From Alphaproteobacteria bacterium (lineage in GTDB: Bacteria > Pseudomonadota > Alphaproteobacteria > Bin95), in contig CBDCQY010000001.1 of assembly GCA_965220855.1 (NCBI GenBank), forward strand, positions 2,522,120-2,586,119: DNA of 64,000 bases. The letters run 5' to 3'. Position 1 is the stretch's first letter, and each line of letters opens with the position of its first letter. A program made the position numbers and the translations under genes. The notes beneath the pieces are model-generated. The model saw only the letters and a program-made list of their open reading frames with translations. It did no database searches and was not told the DNA's origin. Shown piece by piece: positions 1-9,143 of this stretch.

Positions 1-277
1 CGACATGGCGGGCCAATACCGTTTCCGGTTCCTCCTGGACGATGCGCGCGTGGCCGTCAGAATCGTCTATGAAGACGAGGCGGGCGGCAGGCTCGACACC
101 TCCATCGCGGGAATGCGCCGGCCGTTTACGGACCGGGAACTCGCCCGCGCCCTTCTGCGCCGTCCGTTCGGCGCCGCCCGCATGACGGCGCTCATTCACT
201 GGCAAGCGTTCAGGCTCTGGCGGAAGGGCGTGCGCTACCGGCCCCGGCCCGAACCGCCGCAGCAGAGCATCACATGA
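1..277 (+). CDS. DUF1365 family protein, C-terminal part (UfaO/RSP1090-like); truncated by window start
   Basis: C-terminal IHWQAFRLWRKG motif typical of DUF1365; lies upstream of a cfa-like gene. Confidence 0.8.
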   Translation, partial: DMAGQYRFRFLLDDARVAVRIVYEDEAGGRLDTSIAGMRRPFTDRELARALLRRPFGAARMTALIHWQAFRLWRKGVRYRPRPEPPQQSIT

Positions 278-789
278 CGATGCGGGTCCTGGTCCTCGCC
301 CTGTCTCTCATGGCCGGTATGGCGGCCGCCGCGCCGCCGGAACTGGCGGGGCGCGTGCCGGCCGAGGGACCGTCGGGCTGCGCCGAATACCGGTTCCTGT
401 TCCTGCGCCTCTACCGGGCGGAGCTTTGGACGCAGGCAGAGGTCCCGCCAGGACGGGAATTCGGCCTCTCTCTGACCTACCGCCGGGACATAGACCGGGA
501 CGAACTGGTCGAGTCCTCGATATCGGAGATGGCGCGCATGTCGGGGCGCCCGGAGGCCAGCTTCGGCAGGGCGCGAGCCGAACTCGAACGCGCCATGCGC
601 AGCGTCTCGGCAGGCGACCGCTACACGGCCTGGCGCACGGGGTCCGGCGAAGTCCGCTTCTATCTCAATGGCGGCCCGGTGGGCAGTCTCACCCACGATG
701 CGGACCTGTTCCTCGATATCTGGCTCGGCCCGTCGAGCCGGCGTTCGGAAGAACGCGACGCGCTGCTCTCGGGGCGTTGCGATGACTGA
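274..789 (+). CDS. Chalcone-isomerase-like family protein, secreted
   Basis: Signal peptide; LYRAELW, LSLTYRRDI and FLDIWLG motifs; ATGA overlap with the upstream gene. Confidence 0.7.
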   Translation: MTMRVLVLALSLMAGMAAAAPPELAGRVPAEGPSGCAEYRFLFLRLYRAELWTQAEVPPGREFGLSLTYRRDIDRDELVESSISEMARMSGRPEASFGRARAELERAMRSVSAGDRYTAWRTGSGEVRFYLNGGPVGSLTHDADLFLDIWLGPSSRRSEERDALLSGRCDD

Positions 790-2032
790 CGCCCCCGCCG
801 GCGGCCTCACGCGGCGCGACCTCTATCCGCCCGGCGCGATCGCCGCCGTGCTCGCCTTTGGCGGTCTGCCGCTCTACATCCACGCGCCGCGCTACTACGC
901 CGAGGAGTTGGGCGTCGCCCTTCCGGCGCTCGGCGCGATATTGCTGGCGGCGCGCGGCATCGACAGCCTGCAGGATCCGATCATCGGGCGGCTTGCGGAC
1001 CGCTGGCCGCACCATCGCGAGATATGGGTCCTGGTGTCGGGGGGCCTTCTGATCGCCGGCCTTCTCCTGCTGTTCGCGCCGCCGGGCTGGGGCGACCCCT
1101 TGCCCCGGCTCGCGCTCGGTCTGTCGGTCGCCTTTACCGGGTTCAGCGCCCTGCAGATCGCGTTATACGATCACGGCCTCGCCCAGGCGGAGGCTGCAGG
1201 GGGCGGCTACACCCGCATTGCGCTCTGGCGCGAGGCGGGCGGTCTGGTCGGCATCTGCCTTGCCGCGCTGGCGCCGGCGGCGCTGGCCGGACTCGTCGGC
1301 GCTCCCTACGCCCATGTGGGCTATGCGCTCGCGTTTGCGCTGTTTGCCGTGTTCGTCTTCCGCCGCATGCGCGGCTCCTGGCGCTGTTCGGGCCGGTCCC
1401 TGCCATCGGCCGGTCTGGCGGACGCCCTGCGCGTCCCGGGCGTCCGGCCCATTCTCGTCTTCGGCCTCGTCAATGCCCTGCCGACCGCGGTGACCTCGAC
1501 GCTGTTTCTGTTCTTCGTGGCCGATGTACTGGCGGCGGAGGCGCATGCGGGCATCATGCTGCTGGTCTTTTTTGCCGCCGCTGCGGCTGCCGCCCCCGCC
1601 TGGGCGAGGCTCGCAGGCAGGATCGGGCGCAAGCCCACGCTTGCGGCCGGCATGGCGCTCTCCATCCCGGCGTTCGTGTGGGCCTATGCGCTGGGACCGG
1701 GCGATATCGCGGCATTCTACGCGATCGTCATCGCCTCGGGCGCTGCGCTCGGCGCGGACATGACGCTGGCCCCGGCCATGCTGGCGGCCCGGATTCGCGG
1801 CGGCGGCGGACAGGTGTTCGCGCTCTGGACATTTCTGCAGAAAACCGCACTCGCCCTGGCCGCTGGAGTGGCGCTGCCCGCGCTTGCCCTGACGGGTTAC
1901 GAGCCGGGGATATCCGTTGACGAGGGCCGCAAGCCATTGGCCGCCGCGTATGCGCTGGCGCCCTGCGTCCTCAAGCTGGCCGCCATTGCGGTGCTGCTGA
2001 CATGGGTCGAAGACGAAGGAGATCGAGCTTGA
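782..2032 (+). CDS. MFS transporter (GPH/MelB-like)
   Basis: About 12 hydrophobic segments; ARGIDSLQDPIIGRLAD motif; ATG at 782 overlaps the previous gene end. Confidence 0.85.
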   Translation: MTDAPAGGLTRRDLYPPGAIAAVLAFGGLPLYIHAPRYYAEELGVALPALGAILLAARGIDSLQDPIIGRLADRWPHHREIWVLVSGGLLIAGLLLLFAPPGWGDPLPRLALGLSVAFTGFSALQIALYDHGLAQAEAAGGGYTRIALWREAGGLVGICLAALAPAALAGLVGAPYAHVGYALAFALFAVFVFRRMRGSWRCSGRSLPSAGLADALRVPGVRPILVFGLVNALPTAVTSTLFLFFVADVLAAEAHAGIMLLVFFAAAAAAAPAWARLAGRIGRKPTLAAGMALSIPAFVWAYALGPGDIAAFYAIVIASGAALGADMTLAPAMLAARIRGGGGQVFALWTFLQKTALALAAGVALPALALTGYEPGISVDEGRKPLAAAYALAPCVLKLAAIAVLLTWVEDEGDRA

Positions 2033-2586
2033 AGACGAGACCTGTCGCCGGGCTGCGGCGCGGATTCCTGTCGAGGTCGGACGGCCTCGACGCCTATGCC
2101 GCCGGAACGCCGGCCCTCGACCTCAGGAGCTATCTCTGCGGAACGCTGCTTGCGTCGGGAGCCTTCTTCGGCCTCACCGGCCGGATGGAGCGCCGGTTCG
2201 AGATCGAGATGGTCGGCCGCTGGTCCGGAAACAGGGGCACGCTCGACGAACGCCTCTGCTACGACGACGGCGAGACGGCGGACAGGCGCTGGACGCTGGA
2301 CTTTGCCGACGACGGAACGTTCACCGCCACCGCTCCGGACGTCGAGGGCGCGGCGCCGGGAGCGCAGCGGGGTCATGCGGCGGTAATGCGCTACCGGCTG
2401 CGCTTGCCGAGGCCGCGAGGCGAGATCGTTGTCGGGATGGAGGATCGGTTTTTCCTGCTCGACGACGGCACGCTCATCAACCGGGCGCGCATGTCCAAAT
2501 TCGGTCTCAAGGTCGGCGAGGTGGTCGCATTCTTTCGCCGCCCGGCTGCCGGGTCCGCGCCCGAAACGGGGACGGGCCGGTCATGA
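2029..2586 (+). CDS. DUF3833 family protein
   Basis: GTLDERLCYDDG, RRWTL and LINRARMSKFGLKVGEV motifs; TTG start after AAGGAGA. Confidence 0.75.
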   Translation: MKTRPVAGLRRGFLSRSDGLDAYAAGTPALDLRSYLCGTLLASGAFFGLTGRMERRFEIEMVGRWSGNRGTLDERLCYDDGETADRRWTLDFADDGTFTATAPDVEGAAPGAQRGHAAVMRYRLRLPRPRGEIVVGMEDRFFLLDDGTLINRARMSKFGLKVGEVVAFFRRPAAGSAPETGTGRS

Positions 2587-3362
2587 GCCGCCTCGCAGGC
2601 AAGCGCTTCTGGCTGGTCGGCGCGAGCGCCGGCATCGGCCTCAATCTCGCCCTGCGTCTGGCGGAGGAGGGCGTTGCCGTGGTCGCATCGGCGCGCAATG
2701 GCGCGGCGCTTGCGCGCCTTGTCGCGACGATGACGCCTGTGCAGACGGCCTCGGGCGGCCACGCGGCGGCCCCGTTCGACGTGACCGACAGCGCCGGCGC
2801 GATGCGGGCGTTCGGCCGCATCGGCGCCGTGGATGGCGTGATTTACTGCGCCGGGGCCTATGAGCCCATGTCGGCGCGCCGGCCCGGCCTGGATGCGCTG
2901 GAGACGATCGTCGATGTGAACTTCACGGGCGCGCTCAGGGTGCTCGCCGCCTGCGTTCCGGCGTTCTGCCGGCGCGGATCGGGGCATATCGTGCTGCTGG
3001 GCTCGCTTGCGGGCTATCGCGGACTGCCCGACGCGTGGGGCTATGGCGCGACCAAGGCGGCGCTGATCCACCTTGCGGAAAATCTGCGCCTGGACTTGCG
3101 CGGCTCCGGCGTGGCGGTGCAGGTGTGCAATCCCGGATTCGTGGCGACGCGCCTGACCGACAAGAACCGCTTTGCGATGCCCTTCATCATGACTCCCGAA
3201 GCGGCTGCCGACCGGATCGTGCAGGGCATGGCGCGCCATCGGTTCGAAATCGCCTTTCCCTGGATCATGTCGGCGGCGTTCAAATTCCTCGCCGCCCTTC
3301 CGCGGCCGATATATTTCGCGCTGATGCGCATCGCCGGCGGCAAGACGGGCCGGGCGTTATGA
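2583..3362 (+). CDS. SDR family oxidoreductase
   Basis: GASAGIG NAD(P)-binding motif; YGATK catalytic motif. Confidence 0.9.
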   Translation: MSRLAGKRFWLVGASAGIGLNLALRLAEEGVAVVASARNGAALARLVATMTPVQTASGGHAAAPFDVTDSAGAMRAFGRIGAVDGVIYCAGAYEPMSARRPGLDALETIVDVNFTGALRVLAACVPAFCRRGSGHIVLLGSLAGYRGLPDAWGYGATKAALIHLAENLRLDLRGSGVAVQVCNPGFVATRLTDKNRFAMPFIMTPEAAADRIVQGMARHRFEIAFPWIMSAAFKFLAALPRPIYFALMRIAGGKTGRAL

Positions 3363-4594
3363 GGGCGCTTGTCTCGCGATCCGAGGGCGGCGTCGAAACG
3401 CGGCCGGACCGCGCGTCCCTGCCGCGGCGCCTGCGCATGGTGGCCTCGATTCTCGACCGCATCGAACGCGGATCGATCGAGATCGAACTGCCCGGCGGCC
3501 GGCGGCTGCGGGCGGTGGGTCGAGAGCCGGGGCCGGAGGGGCGGATCGCCGTCGTGAACCGGAACTTCTTCGCACGTCTGCTCGGCGCGGGCGAGCAGGG
3601 ATTCGGTGAGATGTTCATGGATGGCTGGTGGACCACTCCCGACCTCCAGGAGCTTCTCGATGTCATCTTGCTCAACAACGAAAACATGGCGCGGCAGTTT
3701 CCGGGCAGCGGCCTGTTTCGCCTTCGCGAGCGGATTCGCCATTGCTTCAACCCCAACACCCGCAGCGGCGCCCGGCGCAATATTGCCCACCATTACGACC
3801 TCGGCAACGACTTCTACAGCCTGTGGCTTGACGAGACGATGACCTATTCGTCGGCGCTGTTCCGAACCGGAACGGAAAGCCTGGAGCAGGCCCAGAGGAA
3901 CAAGTTTGCCGCGATTTGCGACCGGCTGGCGCCGGCAAACGGCGACCGCATTCTCGAAATCGGATGCGGCTGGGGCGGGTTCGCAGAATATGCGATCCGC
4001 GAACGGGGTGTGCGGGTGACCGGATTGACCATTTCCAGGGAACAGCACGACCATGCCCGGCGGCGCCTGTTCGAAGCGGGACTTGCGGACCGCGCCGAGA
4101 TCCTGCTCCGCGATTACCGCGACGAACGGGGCAGCTATGACGGGATCGTCTCGATCGAAATGATCGAAGCGGTGGGCGAGAAATACTGGCCGGCCTATTT
4201 CTCGGCGCTTCATGACCGGCTTCGGCCGGGCGGGGTTGCGGCCCTGCAGGCGATCTCGATTGCGGACCGGCTGTTCCCGCAATATCGGGCGCGGGCCGAT
4301 TTCGTCCAGAAGCACATCTTTCCCGGAGGGATGCTTCCGAGCCCCGGAGCGCTGCGCGCCAATTCGCAAGCCGTCGGGCTGCAGGAGATCGGAGCGACGG
4401 GCCACGCCGACAGCTATTCGCGCACGCTTCGCGCATGGCGCCGGCGCTTCAACGCCCGCTGGCCCCGAATTGCCCGCCTCGGTTTCGATGAACGTTTCCG
4501 CCGCATGTGGGACTTCTACCTGGCCGTAAGCGCCGCCGGCTTCGCCGCCGGAACCACCGACGTAATCCAGATCGCCTATCGCAGGCCGTCGTGA
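3359..4594 (+). CDS. cfa: Cyclopropane-fatty-acyl-phospholipid synthase family SAM methyltransferase
   Basis: NIAHHYDLGNDFY, LDETMTYSSA, LEIGCGWG, SIEMIEAVG and IFPGG motifs; ATG at 3359 overlaps the SDR stop. Confidence 0.9.
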   Translation: MRALVSRSEGGVETRPDRASLPRRLRMVASILDRIERGSIEIELPGGRRLRAVGREPGPEGRIAVVNRNFFARLLGAGEQGFGEMFMDGWWTTPDLQELLDVILLNNENMARQFPGSGLFRLRERIRHCFNPNTRSGARRNIAHHYDLGNDFYSLWLDETMTYSSALFRTGTESLEQAQRNKFAAICDRLAPANGDRILEIGCGWGGFAEYAIRERGVRVTGLTISREQHDHARRRLFEAGLADRAEILLRDYRDERGSYDGIVSIEMIEAVGEKYWPAYFSALHDRLRPGGVAALQAISIADRLFPQYRARADFVQKHIFPGGMLPSPGALRANSQAVGLQEIGATGHADSYSRTLRAWRRRFNARWPRIARLGFDERFRRMWDFYLAVSAAGFAAGTTDVIQIAYRRPS

Positions 4595-4743
4595 CGAAGC
4601 GGTGTCCATAACGCAAGGAGTGCGATACCAAGCGCGCTAACCTGCACGTCCAAGGAATGCAATGTTAAGAGGTGATTTGTGGGCTTTCGTGCTGTTTTGT
4701 GGCTTGGCTTTTTCGCTCGGTGGTGAAGTTGGCGGGGGAGGCG

Positions 4744-7700
4744 CTACCAGGCGACGCGCATTTGCAGGTCGATGCGGGCCTCGGCGTCGCGATGCTCGGT
4801 GGCGAGCCTGGCGTCGAGGCCGCCGGGGGCGGCGAAGGTGAGGCCGGCGGCGCTGCGGGTCTCGCCGCCGTCTTCCGCAACGGCCAGTTCCGCGAAGGGC
4901 GTCAGCAGGCCGCCGGCCGCCGCAAAGCCGTAGCCGGTGCGCGCCGTCATGGAGAGGCCCGCGTCGGCGCGCGCGCCCTCGTCGAAGAGGCGTTCGCGCG
5001 TGAGCGCGCCCGCCTGCTGCGGCCCCCAGGCCGGGCCGAAGGCGAGCGACAGGCCGCGCCCGTCGGCGGACGGCGCGAGCCGCGCCTCCAGGCTCGCGCC
5101 CCATTCCCGCATCCCGTCGGCGGAGTGCAACGCCAGCCAGTGGCTGGACGCATCGAGACCGAAGCGTCCGCCCGCAGACGCCAGACGCGCGCCGCCGCTC
5201 AACTCCATGCCGATCCCGGTCACACCGTCGCCGCTGTCCTTGCGAACCGCCAGCGCGCCGCGCGGCTGAAGCAGCCAGCCAGACCCGGACGAAAGCGCAA
5301 TGCCGTCATGCGACGCTTCCGCGCCGCCTCGAAGACGCCAGTTCGTCGCCTTCAGATCGCCGATCGATGTCGCCGACGAACCCTCCGTCTCGATCCGCGC
5401 CAGGCTCACACCGCCAAACGCCGACCAGGAGAAGCCGCCCCGCCGGGCCACCGGCAGACGGCCGCTCACCGAACCCGCCAGCAGCGACAGGTCCGCCTGC
5501 TCCCCATCGCCCTCCGACGCCCGATGCTCCGCCTCGCCCGCGCCCCGGCCCAGCACCGCGCGCAGCGCGCCGCCATTGCCGGTCGTCACCTGCACATAGG
5601 GCCACACCGTCGTCAGAGAGGTCTCCAGACGGCCCCCGGACTCGTCAAGCCGGTAATCCGCTTCGCTCTTGCCCTGCGAGAGCGCCAGACCGGCCGTCAG
5701 CCCCCCGTCCAGGCGCGCATCCACGCCCAGCCAGCCCGTCCGTTGCTCGCCGTCCCAGCTGCCGCCATCCTTGCGGCCCTCGAAGCCCCGCCAGTCGCCC
5801 CGGCCCCACACCGTCCAGCCGGGGCCGCCCGGAGCCGCGCCCGACGCCGCCAGCGGCAGGGTGAAGGCGCTGCCGCGCAACAGGGACGACCCGTCCATGG
5901 AATAGCCCATCGGCGTCGCCCGGTCGTCCCGGCGATCCGGCCGGTCCCAACGGTCCCGGCGATAGCGATCGACGACCGGCGGCGCGCCGCCGATCCGACG
6001 ACCGGCCAGTGACAGGCCCGGCCCGCCCGACGCCGCATCGAAACGCCGCCCGATAACATCGACCGCGCCGGCGAGCGTCGCCCGCGCCGTCGCCGCCAGC
6101 ATGTGCTTCAGCGCCCGCCGCTCCATTTCCGCCGTCGTCACTTCAATGGTGAAGGACAGCGTGGCCGCATCCGACCCCGACCTGTTGAAGTCCGCGTCCA
6201 CCGCCTGCCAACTGTAGGTCAGGGCCTCCTGCAGCGCCGTCGGCGCGCCGGTGATTTGCCGCGTCGAGGCATCGAGGCTCAGCCCGTCCGGCAGTTCGGG
6301 CGTGAGCGTGTAGGTCAGCGCGCCATTGCCCCCGCTCGCCGCCGGCAATTGCAGCACGCCGATCGTCCGATCCAGCGCGTAACTCTGGTCGGCAATGGCC
6401 GCGTCGCCGAAACTCGGCGCCGTATCCGCCACCACCGCGATGGTGAAGGTCAGCGTCGCTTCGTCATTGTCCTGGTCCGCCACCCGGTATGTATAGGACG
6501 CCGCCGACTGTAGCGTCGTCGGCGCGCCGGCGATCTGCCGCGTCGAGGCATCGAAGCTCAGCCCAGCGGGAAGATCGGGTGAAATCGAGTAGCTCAGCGC
6601 CCCGTTGCCGCCCGTGGCCCGGGGAAGTTGCAGCGCGTCGATCGCCGCGTTCTGCGCGTAAACCCGGTCGGCGATCGCCGCATCGCCGAAACCCGGCGCC
6701 GCGTCCGCCTCCACCGCGATGGTGAAGGTCAGCGTCGCTGCGTCATTGTCCTGGTCGGCCACCCGGTATGTATAGGACGCCGCCGACTGTAGCGTCGTCG
6801 GCGCGCCGGCGATCTGTCGTGTCGAGGCGTCGAAGCTCAGCCCGGCGGGAAGATCGGGTGTGAGCGTATAGCTCAGCGCGCCATTGCCCCCGCTCGCCGC
6901 CGGCAGTTGCAGCGCGCGGATGGCCCTGCCCTGCGACCAGCTTCGGTCGGCAATGGCCGCGTCGCCGAAACCCGGCGCCGCGTCCGCCTCCACCGCGATG
7001 GTGAAGGTCAGCGTCGCTTCGTCACCGTCCTCATCCGCCGCCTTCCAGCTGTAGGTCGTGGCCGGCTGTATCGCCGTCGGCGCGCCGGCGACCTGCCGCG
7101 TCGAGGCGTCGAAGCTCAGCCCGGCGGGAAGATCGGGCGTGAGCGTATAGCTCAGCGCGCCATTGCCGGCGCTCGCCGCCGGCAGTTGCAGCGCGCGGAT
7201 GGCCCTGCCCTGCGACCAGCTTCGGTCGGCAATGGCCGCGTCGCCGAAGCTTGGAACCTTGTCCGCCTCCAACACCGCGATGGTGAAGGTCAGCGTGACT
7301 TCGTCACCGTCCGCGTCCTCCGCCTCGTAGGTGTAGGATGCCGCCGGCTGCATCGCCGTCGGCGCGCCGGTAATTTGCCGCGTCGAGGCGTCGAAGCTGA
7401 GTCCGTCGGGAAGATTGGGTGAGATCGAGTAGCGGATCTCCCCATTGCCGCCCTTGGCTTCCGGAAGCTGCGGCACGCCGACTGCCGAGCCTCTGCGCAC
7501 AACCAGGTCGGCAATGGTCGCGTCGCCGAAGCGTGGCTTCAAGTCCGTGAGGCTCACTTGAATCGAGAAGGTCAGCCTCGCTTCGTCACCGTCCTCGTCC
7601 GCCGCCTTGTAGGTATAGGAGGCCGCCAACTGCGGCGTCGTCGGCGTGCCGGAAATCTGCCGCGTGTCGGCGTCAAAACTCAGCCCGCCGGGAAAACTCA

Positions 7701-8703
7701 GCCCGAAGGAAAAATTGGGCGTGATCGAATAGGTCAGGGGGCCATTGCCGCCGCTCGCCGCCGGCAGTTGCAGCGCGCGGATGGCCTGGTTGAGCGCCCA
7801 GTTTTGGTCGGCAATGGTCGCGTCGCCAAAGCTTGGCTGCGTATCCCCTTCCACCTTGAGCTCGAAGGTCAGCGTGGCTTCGTCATTGTCGTCCTTCGCC
7901 TTGTAAGTATAGGAGGTCGCCGGCCGTATCTCCGTCGGCGTGCCGGAAATCTGCCGCGTGGAAGCGTCGAAGCTCAGCCCGGCGGGAAGATCGGGTGTGA
8001 GCGTATAGCTCAGCGTCCCGCTGCTGTTGCTCCTGGGGGTGGCTTCGGGAAGTTGCAGCGCGGCAATTGCCGTATCAATCCGATAGCGTTGGTCGGCAAT
8101 GGTCGGTTCGGTGAAATGCATCGTCAATGTGATCGTTTTGTTGACGTAGAACCAACGACCTACACCAAGATTGCACCCGAGGCCACTGTTCCATAACGCT
8201 GTTTCTATACCCAACCTTACATCTACGCTACCTGTATCTGGCACATCTGAATCTGGGATGGTGTGTTCCACATACCGCGAATCGACAGTAATATGTTCAT
8301 CAAGCACCTTATGCCTCTCTTCGAACTGATCCTCCGACGCATTCTTCATGTACACGTTCCACATAAGGGCAGGGCACCGGTGCCATGCGCGCACACGAAT
8401 GCTTCGGTCGTCCTGGAGTTCAATTCTCCCGTCACGGATACTAGCCTCAGCGCTTGTAGGAAAGATACAGACGGCCGACAATGCCAAAATGCTTGCAAGC
8501 AGCCCCAGGAACCGGGTCGCCGGTCCGCCGGTCGGACCCTTCAGAAGTGCGGGGGGATACGTCATTGACCGACAGACCGGCGCTGCCCCGAGCAACCGCC
8601 CGGTAGCGGCGCGGAGAGAGCGGACGCCCGAAGCGAGGGCAAGGAGGCTGGCCAGTCCGGGGCCGCCGGTGCGGCCGGTGGAGCGAGAAGATGTCATGGT
8701 CAT
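4744..8703 (-). CDS. Autotransporter-like adhesin: signal peptide, unique tip domain, 7 putative Ig (He_PIG-like) repeats, C-terminal beta-barrel
   Basis: Repeats PSFGDAAIAD..LQLPAASGGNG.LSY.LTPDLPAGLSFDASTRQI.G.PT; helical linker; WTVWGRG barrel start; ends DLQMRVAW. Start uncertain (8703 chosen; the ORF extends to 9039). Confidence 0.8.
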   Translation of the reverse strand: MTMTSSRSTGRTGGPGLASLLALASGVRSLRAATGRLLGAAPVCRSMTYPPALLKGPTGGPATRFLGLLASILALSAVCIFPTSAEASIRDGRIELQDDRSIRVRAWHRCPALMWNVYMKNASEDQFEERHKVLDEHITVDSRYVEHTIPDSDVPDTGSVDVRLGIETALWNSGLGCNLGVGRWFYVNKTITLTMHFTEPTIADQRYRIDTAIAALQLPEATPRSNSSGTLSYTLTPDLPAGLSFDASTRQISGTPTEIRPATSYTYKAKDDNDEATLTFELKVEGDTQPSFGDATIADQNWALNQAIRALQLPAASGGNGPLTYSITPNFSFGLSFPGGLSFDADTRQISGTPTTPQLAASYTYKAADEDGDEARLTFSIQVSLTDLKPRFGDATIADLVVRRGSAVGVPQLPEAKGGNGEIRYSISPNLPDGLSFDASTRQITGAPTAMQPAASYTYEAEDADGDEVTLTFTIAVLEADKVPSFGDAAIADRSWSQGRAIRALQLPAASAGNGALSYTLTPDLPAGLSFDASTRQVAGAPTAIQPATTYSWKAADEDGDEATLTFTIAVEADAAPGFGDAAIADRSWSQGRAIRALQLPAASGGNGALSYTLTPDLPAGLSFDASTRQIAGAPTTLQSAASYTYRVADQDNDAATLTFTIAVEADAAPGFGDAAIADRVYAQNAAIDALQLPRATGGNGALSYSISPDLPAGLSFDASTRQIAGAPTTLQSAASYTYRVADQDNDEATLTFTIAVVADTAPSFGDAAIADQSYALDRTIGVLQLPAASGGNGALTYTLTPELPDGLSLDASTRQITGAPTALQEALTYSWQAVDADFNRSGSDAATLSFTIEVTTAEMERRALKHMLAATARATLAGAVDVIGRRFDAASGGPGLSLAGRRIGGAPPVVDRYRRDRWDRPDRRDDRATPMGYSMDGSSLLRGSAFTLPLAASGAAPGGPGWTVWGRGDWRGFEGRKDGGSWDGEQRTGWLGVDARLDGGLTAGLALSQGKSEADYRLDESGGRLETSLTTVWPYVQVTTGNGGALRAVLGRGAGEAEHRASEGDGEQADLSLLAGSVSGRLPVARRGGFSWSAFGGVSLARIETEGSSATSIGDLKATNWRLRGGAEASHDGIALSSGSGWLLQPRGALAVRKDSGDGVTGIGMELSGGARLASAGGRFGLDASSHWLALHSADGMREWGASLEARLAPSADGRGLSLAFGPAWGPQQAGALTRERLFDEGARADAGLSMTARTGYGFAAAGGLLTPFAELAVAEDGGETRSAAGLTFAAPGGLDARLATEHRDAEARIDLQMRVAW
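6140..8115 (-). repeat. Intragenic tandem repeats, about 279 bp (93 aa) period, 7 units
   Basis: ACCGCGATGGTGAAGGTCAGCGT recurs at 6434, 6713, 6992 and 7274 (spacings 279, 279, 282). Confidence 0.9.
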
Positions 8704-9143
8704 GACGCGAAGACCCCCTCCTGATCGCCTCAGCGCGCAAACCGTAGCAACGGGTGGAACCGGATACAAGGCGTTGCGCGACGCAGTTGCAAAGTCGGGA
8801 GAGGGCCCGGACCGGGTGGTCGTCGCCCTACTCGACCGAAGCGCGACTCCGGCGCGGGATGCGATCCCCCGGAGCACTGCAGAGCGCCACCGATCTCCCA
8901 ATATATTATTTATATTCAACGCGATATAGTATCTTTGCCGACTCATGTTTGTCGGCGCCATCTCCTGCCTACATATGTCCAAAATCACTGTTGATGCTGG
9001 CGCCGCCGATATCGGCCCGACGCGCCAGAATAATGTCAACTTTTGCGATCCTGTTCCATCTTGCCGCTACTGCCGGAGTGGAAAAACGTTCGCGCCATTG
9101 TGGGCCATGGCCTCGGTGAGCAAGGCGGGTTAGGCTCCGCGCC

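Noticed and set aside
6140-8115. Regular repeats as a possible CRISPR array
   Set aside because: The period is 279 bp, in frame and protein-coding; there are no short repeat-spacer units and no cas genes
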